DNA from: Bacteroidota bacterium
GTDB taxonomy: Bacteria > Bacteroidota > Ignavibacteria > UBA10030 > UBA8401
Length of the DNA: 40,953 nt
Assembly: GCA_031420755.1 (NCBI GenBank)
Contig: JANONI010000367.1
Coordinates: forward strand, 1-40,953
Reading direction: 5' to 3'
How positions within the stretch are numbered: position 1 is the stretch's first letter; the number at the start of each line of letters is the position of its first letter. Positions 20,006 to 29,565 of this stretch are shown one piece after another. Under the pieces are notes generated by a model. The model ran no database searches and was not told the DNA's origin. It saw nothing but the letters and a program-made list of their open reading frames with translations. A program made the position numbers and the translations under genes.

Positions 20006-20632
20006 GTGGAAGTGTTAACTAAAAATGAACCAAAGGAAAGAATTTTAGATCTAGCGCAGGATCGTTTTTTTAAAATGGGCTTTAATAAAGTAACGCTTGA
20101 TGAACTTTCTGGAGAACTTGGTATCAGCAAAAAAACGATGTACAAATTCTTTCCAAGTAAAGAAGAACTTGTTAAAACAATAGTGCGAATGACCTTGCGC
20201 TCCGCGCAGAAAGAAGTTGAGCGAATCACTGTTCAGGATAAACCATTTGTTCATCGTCTTGCAGAAGTGATGATGTTTATTGGAAAGATGGTAAGCCGAT
20301 TCAGTAAATCGTTTCAACAGGATTTGCTTCGGTTTGCACCAACAATTTGGAAAGAAGCAGAAGCGTTCCGGAGAGAACATATTTTGAGTAAAGTTGTCGC
20401 AATGATTCATCAGGCAAAAAAAGAGAATGTCTTTCGCAGTGATGTTAATGATGAGATCATCGTTATGATGTTGACGACTTGTATTCAAAACATTGTAACA
20501 CCGGATGTATTATCGCGACACTCGTTCTCACCAAAAGATGCTATGTATACTATTTTTCATGTCATTTTTGAAGGCGCACTAACAGAAGGCGCACGGAAAG
20601 AATTTTTGAACTACGAAATAATAATTCTATGA
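20006..20632 (+). CDS. TetR/AcrR-family transcriptional regulator
   Basis: RILDLA..F...GF..VTLDELSGELGISKKTMYKFFPSKEEL HTH; AGGAG SD before GTG. Confidence 0.93.
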   Translation: MEVLTKNEPKERILDLAQDRFFKMGFNKVTLDELSGELGISKKTMYKFFPSKEELVKTIVRMTLRSAQKEVERITVQDKPFVHRLAEVMMFIGKMVSRFSKSFQQDLLRFAPTIWKEAEAFRREHILSKVVAMIHQAKKENVFRSDVNDEIIVMMLTTCIQNIVTPDVLSRHSFSPKDAMYTIFHVIFEGALTEGARKEFLNYEIIIL

Positions 20633-21633
20633 GGAAAACAATGAAGATAATATTTACTCAACAAACGTGTGTTCACAAATTAATTCCCGCAATCGTTATT
20701 GCGGTCGGCTATTTAGGGTCGTTCGGGTGTAGCTCTAAGCATGAGGGTGCAATCGAATCAAGCGGTATTTTAGAAGCTGTTGAAGTGAATGTCGCTTCCA
20801 AAGTATCCGGACAAATTTTACAAATAAATGTTCGTGAAGGTGACGCAGTTGTAAAAGGAGATACAATTGCATTGATAGATCATGAGACGCAGCAATTATT
20901 ACTTCAACAAGCGCAAGCCGGAGTTGATTTAGCAGAAGCACAATACCGATTGCTGTTGAGCGGTGCTCGATCGGAAGATATTAATGCTGCGGAAGAAACT
21001 GTTCGTCAAGCTGAATCAAGTTTCCAAACAGCAAAATCCGATTTTGAACGAATAAAGGAATTGTATTCGACGAATGCAGTATCAAAGAAACAATTTGAAG
21101 ATGCTGAGTCCCGCGTAATAATAACTCAAGCACAATATAATTCTGCAAAACAAAATCTTCAAAAATTACATCGGTTTGCGCGTCCTGAAGATATTGGCGC
21201 GGCTAAAGCTCGAATTGATCAAGCGAAAGCACAAGCGAATCTTATTAAAAAACAAATTGTGGATTCGTATATCGTTGCACCGGTAGCAGGAACGATTACC
21301 TATAAACCTGTAGAAGAAGGTGAACTTATTGGAATCGGAACGACAATTGCAAGAATATCAAAACTTGAAAAAATAGAATTAATGATCTATGTGAACGAAA
21401 CAGAATTGGGAAAAGTAAAATTAGGTTCTCGGGCTGATGTTGTAATTGATACATATCCCGATAAGAATTATTCTGCCACAGTTATCTATGTTTCTTCCGT
21501 AGCAGAATTTACGCCGCGCAATGTGCAGACTAAAGATGAACGTACAAAATTAGTGTTTGGAGTAAAACTTGAAGTCGTAAACACAAATGGTGAATTAAAA
21601 TCTGGCATGCCTGCAGACGCATACCTAAAATGA
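20629..21633 (+). CDS. HlyD-family membrane fusion lipoprotein (YbhG-like); start may be 20641
   Basis: Lipobox-like FGC, EVNVASKVSGQI, IVAPVAGTI, AEFTPRNVQTKDERTKLVF, LKSGMPA. Confidence 0.92.
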   Translation: MRKTMKIIFTQQTCVHKLIPAIVIAVGYLGSFGCSSKHEGAIESSGILEAVEVNVASKVSGQILQINVREGDAVVKGDTIALIDHETQQLLLQQAQAGVDLAEAQYRLLLSGARSEDINAAEETVRQAESSFQTAKSDFERIKELYSTNAVSKKQFEDAESRVIITQAQYNSAKQNLQKLHRFARPEDIGAAKARIDQAKAQANLIKKQIVDSYIVAPVAGTITYKPVEEGELIGIGTTIARISKLEKIELMIYVNETELGKVKLGSRADVVIDTYPDKNYSATVIYVSSVAEFTPRNVQTKDERTKLVFGVKLEVVNTNGELKSGMPADAYLK

Positions 21634-21655
21634 CGATGGCAGGTTGGCATTGGTA

Positions 21656-21688
21656 AAGTGCCACTCACTTTGAAAGTGAGTGGCACTT
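21656..21688. repeat. Perfect 33-bp palindrome
   Basis: AAGTGCCACTCACTTT-G-AAAGTGAGTGGCACTT between two operon genes. Confidence 0.8.
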
Positions 21689-21695
21689 ATAGAAT

Positions 21696-22616
21696 ATGAA
21701 TGCACTCGAAATAAAATCAGTAACAAAAACATTTGGGGAAATTACCGCAGTGGACGACATTTCATTGTTGGTGCATCGCGGTGAAATGCTCGCTCTTGTC
21801 GGTCCGGATGGATCAGGGAAAACGACCACTATCAGAATGTTATGCGGAATCGTTAAACCGACAAGCGGTAATCTATCGGTATTAGGATTCGATGTTCAAA
21901 AACAAAAAGATGATGTTAAAAAAAGGATTGGATATCTTTCGCAAAAATTTTCACTGTATGGCGATCTTACTATTGATGAGAACATCGAATTCTTTGCTGA
22001 AATCCACGGAGTGTATGACTATCACGCAAGGCGTGATGAACTGCTTGAATTTACACGATTGACACAATTCAGAGATCGGCTCGCAGAAAAACTTTCCGGC
22101 GGAATGAAACAAAAACTTGCGCTTGCATGCACGTTGATCCACACGCCGGACATTATTTTTCTTGATGAACCGACTACAGGCGTTGATCCGGTTTCGAGAC
22201 GCGATTTTTGGAAAGTGCTGTCAGCTTTGCTGAAAACAGGAATCACCATTGTCATGACAACTCCGTATTTGGATGAGGCAGAACGATGCAGCCGCGTTGC
22301 ATTGATGGATGCCGGAAAGATTTTAATGACTGATACACCAGCAAATTTGAAAACCATAATGAATGGTGAGGTTGTTGAATTGGTCTGTTCGAATATCAGA
22401 GGATCTTTTTCGTTGTTAAAGAAATTCTCACTCGTAAAAGAAGTGCAGGCGTTTGGTGATAGGTTGAATCTTGTAGTTAATTCATCTGTTAATGATATGC
22501 AACTAATTATTCAATATTTGAATAGCAATTCTATTGAAATAACCAATTGGCGGGTAGTTAAGCCATCGTTAGAGAATGTTTTTATATCGCTGTTGTCAGA
22601 AAAACAAATAAAATAG
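21696..22616 (+). CDS. ABC transporter ATP-binding protein (YbhF N-half-like)
   Basis: GPDGSGKT, LSGGMKQKL, FLDEPTTGVDP; atypical TTPY H-loop typical of this subfamily. Confidence 0.93.
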   Translation: MNALEIKSVTKTFGEITAVDDISLLVHRGEMLALVGPDGSGKTTTIRMLCGIVKPTSGNLSVLGFDVQKQKDDVKKRIGYLSQKFSLYGDLTIDENIEFFAEIHGVYDYHARRDELLEFTRLTQFRDRLAEKLSGGMKQKLALACTLIHTPDIIFLDEPTTGVDPVSRRDFWKVLSALLKTGITIVMTTPYLDEAERCSRVALMDAGKILMTDTPANLKTIMNGEVVELVCSNIRGSFSLLKKFSLVKEVQAFGDRLNLVVNSSVNDMQLIIQYLNSNSIEITNWRVVKPSLENVFISLLSEKQIK

Positions 22617-22661
22617 TAGGTCCGCATTTGGCAATCCGAAGGATTACTTCGTGAAGCCATC

Positions 22662-22796
22662 GAGTCTGTGTCAAAACTATTTGTATCGCCGAACTCTGTT
22701 CGGCGATGTTACTATTTTCTATTATTTTTACAATTAAAAGTGCCGACCAGCCTATGGCTCGTAGAGAGGTCGGCAATACACTTTTGACACAGTCTG
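22662..22796. mobile_element. MITE with TGTGTCAAAA ends and CATC target duplication, inserted in REP-like repeat 22617-22820
   Basis: CATC at 22658-22661 and 22797-22800; ends 13/15 complementary; removal restores the sequence seen at 17640-17675. Confidence 0.85.
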
Positions 22797-22832
22797 CATC
22801 CCTTTGGGAAATGCCGTTCCGTCGAATTATTT

Positions 22833-23783
22833 ATGAATACCATTGAAGTTGAAAATCTTACCAAGCAGTTCGGAGATTTTACCGCAGTCGATCACATTAA
22901 TTTTGAAGTGAAGCAGGGTGAGATTTTCGGATTTCTTGGAGCAAACGGTGCAGGAAAATCCACCACGATAAGAATGTTGTGCGGATTGCTTTCTTCAACA
23001 AGCGGAACTGCACGAGTCGGCGGTTTTGATATTAATCGGCAGACAAATTCTGTTAAAGAAAATATCGGCTATATGTCGCAGAAATTTTCTTTGTACGAAG
23101 ATATTACCGTGAATGAGAATATCGATTTTTTTGGAAAAGTATATGGTCTCTCAGACAGCGATCTTGCGCAGAGAAAAAAATGGGTTCTTGAAATAGCAAA
23201 TCTTCACGGTCGAGAAAAAAGTATCACTAAAACACTCAGCGGCGGCTGGAAACAACGCCTTGCACTTGGGTGTGCCGTTCTCCATCGTCCGAGGATTGTA
23301 TTTCTTGATGAACCGACGAGCGGAGTGGATCCTGTTATGCGCCGTAAATTTTGGGAGTTGATCAATGATCTTTCAGCAGAAGGTGTTACCGTTTTGGTAA
23401 CGACCCATTTTTTGGAGGAAGCGGAATATTGCAACGATATTATTCTTATCAATTCCGGGAAAATAATTGCTGGCGGAAGTCCGAAGGAATTGAAAGAAAA
23501 TTATGTCAAACACCCAATATTAGAAGTACAATGTTCGAATGTGGTTGATGCAATGGAAATAATCGAAGCGCAGCCTTGGGCAGTTGAAACGTCGGTATTT
23601 GGAACATATTTACATGTGAATGTTGAAGATGAGATTGTTGCGAAAGAAAAGATTAAAGAAATACTCTCTGTTAAATCCATCGATCTCATAAATATTGAAC
23701 GGATCACTCCATCACTTGAGGATGTTTTTATTTATCTCTTGGATCAGGAATCGAAGAAAAATATAACTGCTCGTCAGTATTAA
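22833..23783 (+). CDS. ABC transporter ATP-binding protein (YbhF C-half-like)
   Basis: GANGAGKS, LSGGWKQRL, FLDEPTSGVDP, TTHFLEEAEYC. Confidence 0.93.
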   Translation: MNTIEVENLTKQFGDFTAVDHINFEVKQGEIFGFLGANGAGKSTTIRMLCGLLSSTSGTARVGGFDINRQTNSVKENIGYMSQKFSLYEDITVNENIDFFGKVYGLSDSDLAQRKKWVLEIANLHGREKSITKTLSGGWKQRLALGCAVLHRPRIVFLDEPTSGVDPVMRRKFWELINDLSAEGVTVLVTTHFLEEAEYCNDIILINSGKIIAGGSPKELKENYVKHPILEVQCSNVVDAMEIIEAQPWAVETSVFGTYLHVNVEDEIVAKEKIKEILSVKSIDLINIERITPSLEDVFIYLLDQESKKNITARQY

Positions 23784-23786
23784 AAT

Positions 23787-23955
23787 GAAACATCTGAATA
23801 ATCCATAATCAACGTCATTCTGAGTCCCGCTGTTATTTAGCGGGGCGAGGAATCTTGTTTTTCTGCTTAAATTCGCAAACGAGATTTCTCGCTACGCCTG
23901 CCTTCGCTCTACGAGTCGTAGACCGAAACAAAGCGTTGGCTTTGTGCAGGCAGGT
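23787..23955. repeat. Partial copy of the 326-512 composite repeat with nested CCTGCC...GCAGGCAGG repeat and 16-nt unit
   Basis: ACATCTGAAT-AAT..GTCATTCTGAG..GAATCTTG..AAACGAGATT collinear with 329-455; right TIR not found. Confidence 0.65.
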
Positions 23956-24001
23956 GTTTTGGTGGCAAAAAATCATGAACAAGTAGTTACGAAAAATTAA
24001 T

Positions 24002-25129
24002 ATGTTCAGACAATTACTTCCAATCATAAAAAAAGAATTTCGTCAGATCAGACGCGACAGAAAAGTGCTGGCGATTCTTACGTTAGTGCCGGCGATGCTA
24101 TTGCTGTTGAATGGATACGCGCTGAATTTTGATGTTCGCAACATTACAATGGCGGTGTACGATGCTGAAAAGACTCCGCACAGCAGAGAGTTCATCAATA
24201 GTTTTATCACCGCAGGATATTTTGAGTATACAGAATATCTAACCGATTATTCAAAAGCCGAATTGATGATTGATGAAGGAACAGTGAAGCTTGTTCTGGT
24301 TATTCCTCCGGATTTCTCTAGTGATATTATTTCCGGCCGTCCTGCATCTGTTCAATTTCTTGTTGATGGAATGGATGCAAACGCAGCAACAACAATCATT
24401 GGATACGCTCAAGCCGTTACGGTACAATACTCGCAGAAGATCATTTTCACTAATCTTTCTAAAATCGGTAGGAAGAGTTTCATTCCAATACGATATGATG
24501 CCCGAATCTGGTATAATCCGGAAATGAAAAGTGCAAAATTTTTAGTCCCCGGATTGATTGCATTTATTTTAGCAATCACTGGTGTGATCGCTACCGCACT
24601 TTCAATTGTCAAAGAAAAAGAGAGAAATACATTGGAGCAAATTGATGTCTCACCAATTCGGCCGGTTAATCTTATTCTTGGCAAAATGATTCCGTATGCG
24701 ATCATTTCTCTTGTTGCGGCGGCAATTGTTCTCATTGCAGCATATTTTTTATTTGACGTTGTCGTAAAAGGAAGTTTTGTTTTATTGTTTATCACGACAC
24801 TGTTATTTATTTGCGCTGCATTGGGGCAGGGTTTATTGGTTTCAACTATAGCTGATAGTCAACAAGTGGCGTTTCAACTTGCAACGGTAATAGCAATGCT
24901 GCCAACGATGATTCTTTCGGGGTTCATGTTTCCGATTAGCAGTATGCCGTTGTTTCTTCAAATTCTTTCAAATATAACTCCGGCAAAATTCTATCTGGTA
25001 ATTATGCGGGGAATCGTGTTGAAAGGAGTTGGTCTTGAAGCATTTTGGGATCAGATCATTTATTTGGGAATATTTATTACAGTGGTTGTTGCAATCAGCA
25101 TCAAACGATTTAAGAATCATTCGGTATAA
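24002..25129 (+). CDS. ABC-2 type permease (YbhS-like)
   Basis: KEFRQIRRD, GYALNFDV, WYNPE, IVKEKERNTLEQ, LSGFMFPI. Confidence 0.92.
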   Translation: MFRQLLPIIKKEFRQIRRDRKVLAILTLVPAMLLLLNGYALNFDVRNITMAVYDAEKTPHSREFINSFITAGYFEYTEYLTDYSKAELMIDEGTVKLVLVIPPDFSSDIISGRPASVQFLVDGMDANAATTIIGYAQAVTVQYSQKIIFTNLSKIGRKSFIPIRYDARIWYNPEMKSAKFLVPGLIAFILAITGVIATALSIVKEKERNTLEQIDVSPIRPVNLILGKMIPYAIISLVAAAIVLIAAYFLFDVVVKGSFVLLFITTLLFICAALGQGLLVSTIADSQQVAFQLATVIAMLPTMILSGFMFPISSMPLFLQILSNITPAKFYLVIMRGIVLKGVGLEAFWDQIIYLGIFITVVVAISIKRFKNHSV

Positions 25130-26254
25130 ATGAACATTCAACGATTAAAAGCATTGGTGCAAAAGGAATTTGCGCAATTCTTCAAAGACAAAAGACTGCT
25201 GCCGATCATTTTTGTAGCACCGATTTTACAATTGGTGTTTTTGGGATTTGCTGCTTCGCTTGATGTAAAGAATATTTCATTTGTTCTTTGCGATCTTGAT
25301 AAAACGAGTGAAAGCAGAAAATTAGCGGAAGTATTTGTCAACTCGGGATATTTCAGACTTACATACTCAACCGAAAACTATAACAGTGTTCAACAATATC
25401 TTGATAACAGTACTGTGGCAATGGCAATTGTCATTCCGCCGAAGTTTGGGAATAAAATTTTGCGAAGTGAAACAGCGAATATTCAATTATTGTTCGATGG
25501 CAGTGAAGGGAACTCGACTGCGATTGCAGCAAGTTACGCCGGTCAAATCATAAACCGATTTTCACAAAATATTCTTGTGGATATGGTTGGAGATATGAAA
25601 AAGCTTGGCGGCATTAATACCGAAACTCGTGCGTGGTACAATCCAACATTGATCAGCAGAAAATTTATGGTTCCAGGGGTTTTGGTTCTTATCCTTCTGA
25701 TAACGACAATGAATTTAACATCAATGGCAATTGTCAAAGAAAAAGAGATTGGAACGCTGGAACAATTATTGGTAACGCCACTTCGTCCAATTGAAATGAT
25801 CATCGGCAAATTAGTGCCGTTCACACTTATTGGATTGATTGTCGTTTCGGTGGCGATCACGGTGATGGTGTTTGGTTTTTCAATTCCGATACGCGGAAGT
25901 GTTGTATTATTATTTGTGTTGACCGGATTTTTTTTAATGACATCGCTCGGACTTGGATTATTCGTTTCAACAATATCAAAAACGCAGCAACAGGCAATGA
26001 TGATTGGAATGTTTTTTGTCATGCAGCCGATGATGTATCTATCAGGTTTTGTTTTTCCGGTGGAGAACATGCCTGAACCGTTACAATGGCTGGCGCATGC
26101 CATTCCTATGAAGTATTATTTGACCGTGATTCGTTCTATCATTCTTAAAGGTGTTGGGATAGCCGATCTGTGGTTTGAAGCAACGATGCTTTTTGGAATG
26201 GGCGTTGTGATCTTAACTGCAAGTGTTATAAGGTTCAAAGAAAAAATTGACTAA
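25130..26254 (+). CDS. ABC-2 type permease (YbhR-like)
   Basis: KEFAQFFKD, WYNP, IVKEKEIGTLEQLLVTP, SGFVFPVENMP. Confidence 0.92.
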   Translation: MNIQRLKALVQKEFAQFFKDKRLLPIIFVAPILQLVFLGFAASLDVKNISFVLCDLDKTSESRKLAEVFVNSGYFRLTYSTENYNSVQQYLDNSTVAMAIVIPPKFGNKILRSETANIQLLFDGSEGNSTAIAASYAGQIINRFSQNILVDMVGDMKKLGGINTETRAWYNPTLISRKFMVPGVLVLILLITTMNLTSMAIVKEKEIGTLEQLLVTPLRPIEMIIGKLVPFTLIGLIVVSVAITVMVFGFSIPIRGSVVLLFVLTGFFLMTSLGLGLFVSTISKTQQQAMMIGMFFVMQPMMYLSGFVFPVENMPEPLQWLAHAIPMKYYLTVIRSIILKGVGIADLWFEATMLFGMGVVILTASVIRFKEKID

Positions 26255-29004
26255 AAGATCGGGTATCCAACTGAAAAATATGCAATGATCGGTCCGAGTG
26301 TAAATGGTTGATCAAGCAAGTCCCTTCTGATATAGAAACTTCTTCCGACCGATGCGTTGATTGGTCCTGCTGGTGTATCGAGTGATAAGATAATGCCTAC
26401 TCCGTGATGAAAATCTCTTAACCGAATATCTTCTTGCTGAGGCCAGATACTTCCCAGATCATATCTGAATCGAAAATAGGTATCCCAAATAATCTTAAAT
26501 GGAAATCGGGTTCTAAATTCCACACTGGTCAAAAAGATTTGTCGTCCTCGGGAATCGTACTCCCGTAATCCGAAGAAAGAATCTTCACCGCCAAGTGCAA
26601 ATTGTTGTGTTAAGGGGAGTGTTTGATCTCCAAATCCCACAATAATTTTTGGATGGAGGGTGAAATTTTTGTACGATGTATTGGTTTCATACGCAAAATA
26701 TATTTTTGAATACCCGACATCGCCAACAACCCCTTTTAATGTTGATAGGGCAGTTTCCCACGAAAAATTTGTGAGCGAGCCACTGCGCGCAAAAGGATAT
26801 CGGTCTCGTGAATCAATTGTTGAACCGATTCTGAATGTTTGGAGTGAAAATTCTCCCGGAGTATATCCTGTTCCGGATAGGGATTTTACTTCATCGGATT
26901 CAATCCGATATTCCAGATTAAAAATACCAAATCGTTCTACCTGCTGTCCCATTTGAAATGAAACTCCATAAAGAATCTGGCGATATTCTCCAATCTTTGA
27001 TCGAAAGAATTTTTTACTCGATGTTTTGTTTATATCATCTGCATAGGTATTGATGTCGCGCAAGTCATAATACGCATCCATATTAAAAGTGAAATATGTG
27101 TTAAAGATTCTATTTACCTGGAAATCGGTAAGATATTTTCTGTTTCGCATTCCTCCGGCAAAACTGGCACCGACTTCAGTTGCTGTTCCGAGAAGATTTT
27201 CGTTCCGAAATTCTAACGACGGTTGGAGATTTCGTTCGTTATCAAGTCTAAACCCAAGACGCGAAACATCAGTCGGCTTTTCTTCCATTTGGATTGTAAT
27301 CACCGGTTTATCGTTCTCATAGCCAACATCCATTGATACTTGTTCAAAAAGGTTTGTTCCATAGAGATTGGTGAGTGCTTTTTTTCCTTTGTCAACAGTG
27401 AAAATATTTCCATCACTAAATCCTAATTCCCGCCAAACCACCCAGTCTCGCGAGATTTTTTTCCCCCGAAGATAAATTTTGCTGACAATACCTTCGCTGA
27501 TTTCTAAAGATAAGTTTCCGGTTAATGAATCAAAACTTGTCTTTTGTATTCGTGCCAGAGAATAACCGTTTGAACGGTACATTCCCAGAAGTATTTCATA
27601 CGCATCTTCGGTTTTTGGATGATTAATTGGTTTTCCAATTAACGAATTGAATGATGAAAGCAGAATGTCCGATTGGATCAACGAATTTCCTGTGATGGAG
27701 ATTGAACGAAGCTGCGGATTTGCCGATGCTATAATTGTAACACTTGCCGTTGAATCCGAAATTGTAATTTCTGCTTTAACTTCTTTGTACCAACCCTTGC
27801 TATACAGAGCGGATATCATTTCACGAATAATCGGAACTGATGTTTTGGTGTTGGTTTGTAAAATATTTTTAAATGAAGAATCGTTGTATTCAATATTTTC
27901 ATTTAATGAATTGATGACCAGTGAAAAATTTGATAGCGGAGAAGCATCATATAGCATCATTCTTTTTTTCGATTCAATAGAATCTTGTATTGCCCGAATC
28001 TTTAGTTGAGCGGCTTTATTTCCCTGTTGTTTCACAAATGAAAGTTTTGAAAAATCTAATGACGGATAAGAACCTAAATCTGGGGTGATAACTATTGTTG
28101 CGTTGTCCAATGCTCTCTTATTCGATTCCTGCGCCATGATGTTGACTATCTGATCGTTGACTTCCCATGCATTATTCAGTTGTGCCGCCGTGCGCAGAGG
28201 GCTTACAGTATTTACTGCGATAATGATATCCGCACCCAGTTGCTTTGCAATATCAACGGGAATATTTGAAAGTATTCCGCCATCAGTGAGTTCAAGTGTA
28301 TCTTTTTTTAATGGGCTGTACAATAGCGGAATGGAAATACTTGCACGAAGTGCCTCGGATAAATTTCCTGAACTGAAAACAATCTGTTTTCCAGAAATAA
28401 GATCGGTAGAGACGCAACGAAATGGAATTTTAAGATCATCAAAATTTTGAATCGGGTGATAGAGACTTTGTAAGGTCAACTGATTGATGAAATTTGTCAA
28501 TCGCTGTCCGCTCGAAATTGCGGATGGAAGAATGGGCGTTAAGCCGTCGAATCGAATAGTTAATTGTTTTCTATCCGCCGCCACCTTATGAGCAAAATAG
28601 AGATCAGCTCTTTCATTATCTTGTGTAAGAGAAAGAACATAATTCCAATCGGTTGTATCAACTAATCGTTCAAGTTCATCCGTTGAATAACCTGAGGCAT
28701 ACAATCCTCCAATTATTCCACCCATACTTGTTCCAACAATGTAATCAATTGGAATGTTGTTCTTTTCAAGTTCTTTAATGACCCCAATATGAGCAATCCC
28801 TCTGGATCCGCCGCCGCTCAGTACTAGGCACACCGTTGGTCGCTTTATTGATTGAAACGGAATTGAAGTTGTTCTTCCGGTTAATCGTTCAGAAAATAGG
28901 GGTGTAACAAGTATTTTCTTTTCCTGAGAATAGAAAAAAGAGTTACACAGAAAAAATAGCAGTAATAATTTTTTAACAGGGTACTGAAAAGCAATTGTCT
29001 TCAT
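26251..29004 (-). CDS. Patatin-like phospholipase fused to POTRA and BamA/TamA-type barrel (PlpD / type Vd architecture)
   Basis: LSGGGSRGIAHIG, GTSMG nucleophile, DGG; POTRA-like segments; GLREY and DTPAGP barrel motifs, terminal Phe. Confidence 0.9.
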   Translation of the reverse strand: MKTIAFQYPVKKLLLLFFLCNSFFYSQEKKILVTPLFSERLTGRTTSIPFQSIKRPTVCLVLSGGGSRGIAHIGVIKELEKNNIPIDYIVGTSMGGIIGGLYASGYSTDELERLVDTTDWNYVLSLTQDNERADLYFAHKVAADRKQLTIRFDGLTPILPSAISSGQRLTNFINQLTLQSLYHPIQNFDDLKIPFRCVSTDLISGKQIVFSSGNLSEALRASISIPLLYSPLKKDTLELTDGGILSNIPVDIAKQLGADIIIAVNTVSPLRTAAQLNNAWEVNDQIVNIMAQESNKRALDNATIVITPDLGSYPSLDFSKLSFVKQQGNKAAQLKIRAIQDSIESKKRMMLYDASPLSNFSLVINSLNENIEYNDSSFKNILQTNTKTSVPIIREMISALYSKGWYKEVKAEITISDSTASVTIIASANPQLRSISITGNSLIQSDILLSSFNSLIGKPINHPKTEDAYEILLGMYRSNGYSLARIQKTSFDSLTGNLSLEISEGIVSKIYLRGKKISRDWVVWRELGFSDGNIFTVDKGKKALTNLYGTNLFEQVSMDVGYENDKPVITIQMEEKPTDVSRLGFRLDNERNLQPSLEFRNENLLGTATEVGASFAGGMRNRKYLTDFQVNRIFNTYFTFNMDAYYDLRDINTYADDINKTSSKKFFRSKIGEYRQILYGVSFQMGQQVERFGIFNLEYRIESDEVKSLSGTGYTPGEFSLQTFRIGSTIDSRDRYPFARSGSLTNFSWETALSTLKGVVGDVGYSKIYFAYETNTSYKNFTLHPKIIVGFGDQTLPLTQQFALGGEDSFFGLREYDSRGRQIFLTSVEFRTRFPFKIIWDTYFRFRYDLGSIWPQQEDIRLRDFHHGVGIILSLDTPAGPINASVGRSFYIRRDLLDQPFTLGPIIAYFSVGYPIF

Positions 29005-29170
29005 GATTTTATGTAGTAAGATACGAAAATCTTCAAAAAAAAGTTGAATATATTTAGTAACCCATGTTTGAAGTTAAGAATAAAAGAATAATGTTTACAA
29101 TCACAACAATTTTAGACATATAGCGTATTATGTATGCATCAAAAACAAACAAAAGAATGGGGGGACAATA

Positions 29171-29389
29171 ATGACACCTGATACTGCGAGCAACAGGATG
29201 CAAAAAAATAATGGTATTTTATTCTTTAATCTTGCCATTATACTTACTAGTTTTACAATTGCTTTAGTAGCACTGCCGCAAGAAATGTTTTTTGTTGTTA
29301 CAATCATTGTTTTAATTGCACTTCGTATAATTGAAAAGGATGTTACAAAATCTGAAAAACGACGGTCATCGATGCTTACGCAAATTTGA
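29171..29389 (+). CDS. Small hypothetical two-TM membrane protein
   Basis: GGGGGA upstream, two hydrophobic stretches, basic tail, followed by a terminator. Confidence 0.5.
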   Translation: MTPDTASNRMQKNNGILFFNLAIILTSFTIALVALPQEMFFVVTIIVLIALRIIEKDVTKSEKRRSSMLTQI

Positions 29390-29413
29390 TCTCATTAAAT
29401 AGTTCTCATGCAG

Positions 29414-29447
29414 AAAGGACGGATTCTAACCCGTCCTTTTTATTTTT
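29414..29447 (+). terminator. Intrinsic terminator
   Basis: AAAGGACGG-8 nt-CCGTCCTTT plus T-tract. Confidence 0.7.
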
Positions 29448-29565
29448 AAAAACAACTGAAAAACTTCTGACTTGAATTCTTTCTTGGACTGAAATCTTTA
29501 ATTGAGTAACTTTCCTCTATAAAGTTATACAACCTCAGAACGTTATAAAAAGCCGTTTATTATTT

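Noticed and set aside
25543-26103. 186-aa antisense ORF and the many other ORFs opposite or nested in known genes
   Set aside because: Shadow frames of well-supported genes.
26251-29004. Patatin-POTRA-barrel fusion as a new system
   Set aside because: Matches the described PlpD/type Vd architecture.
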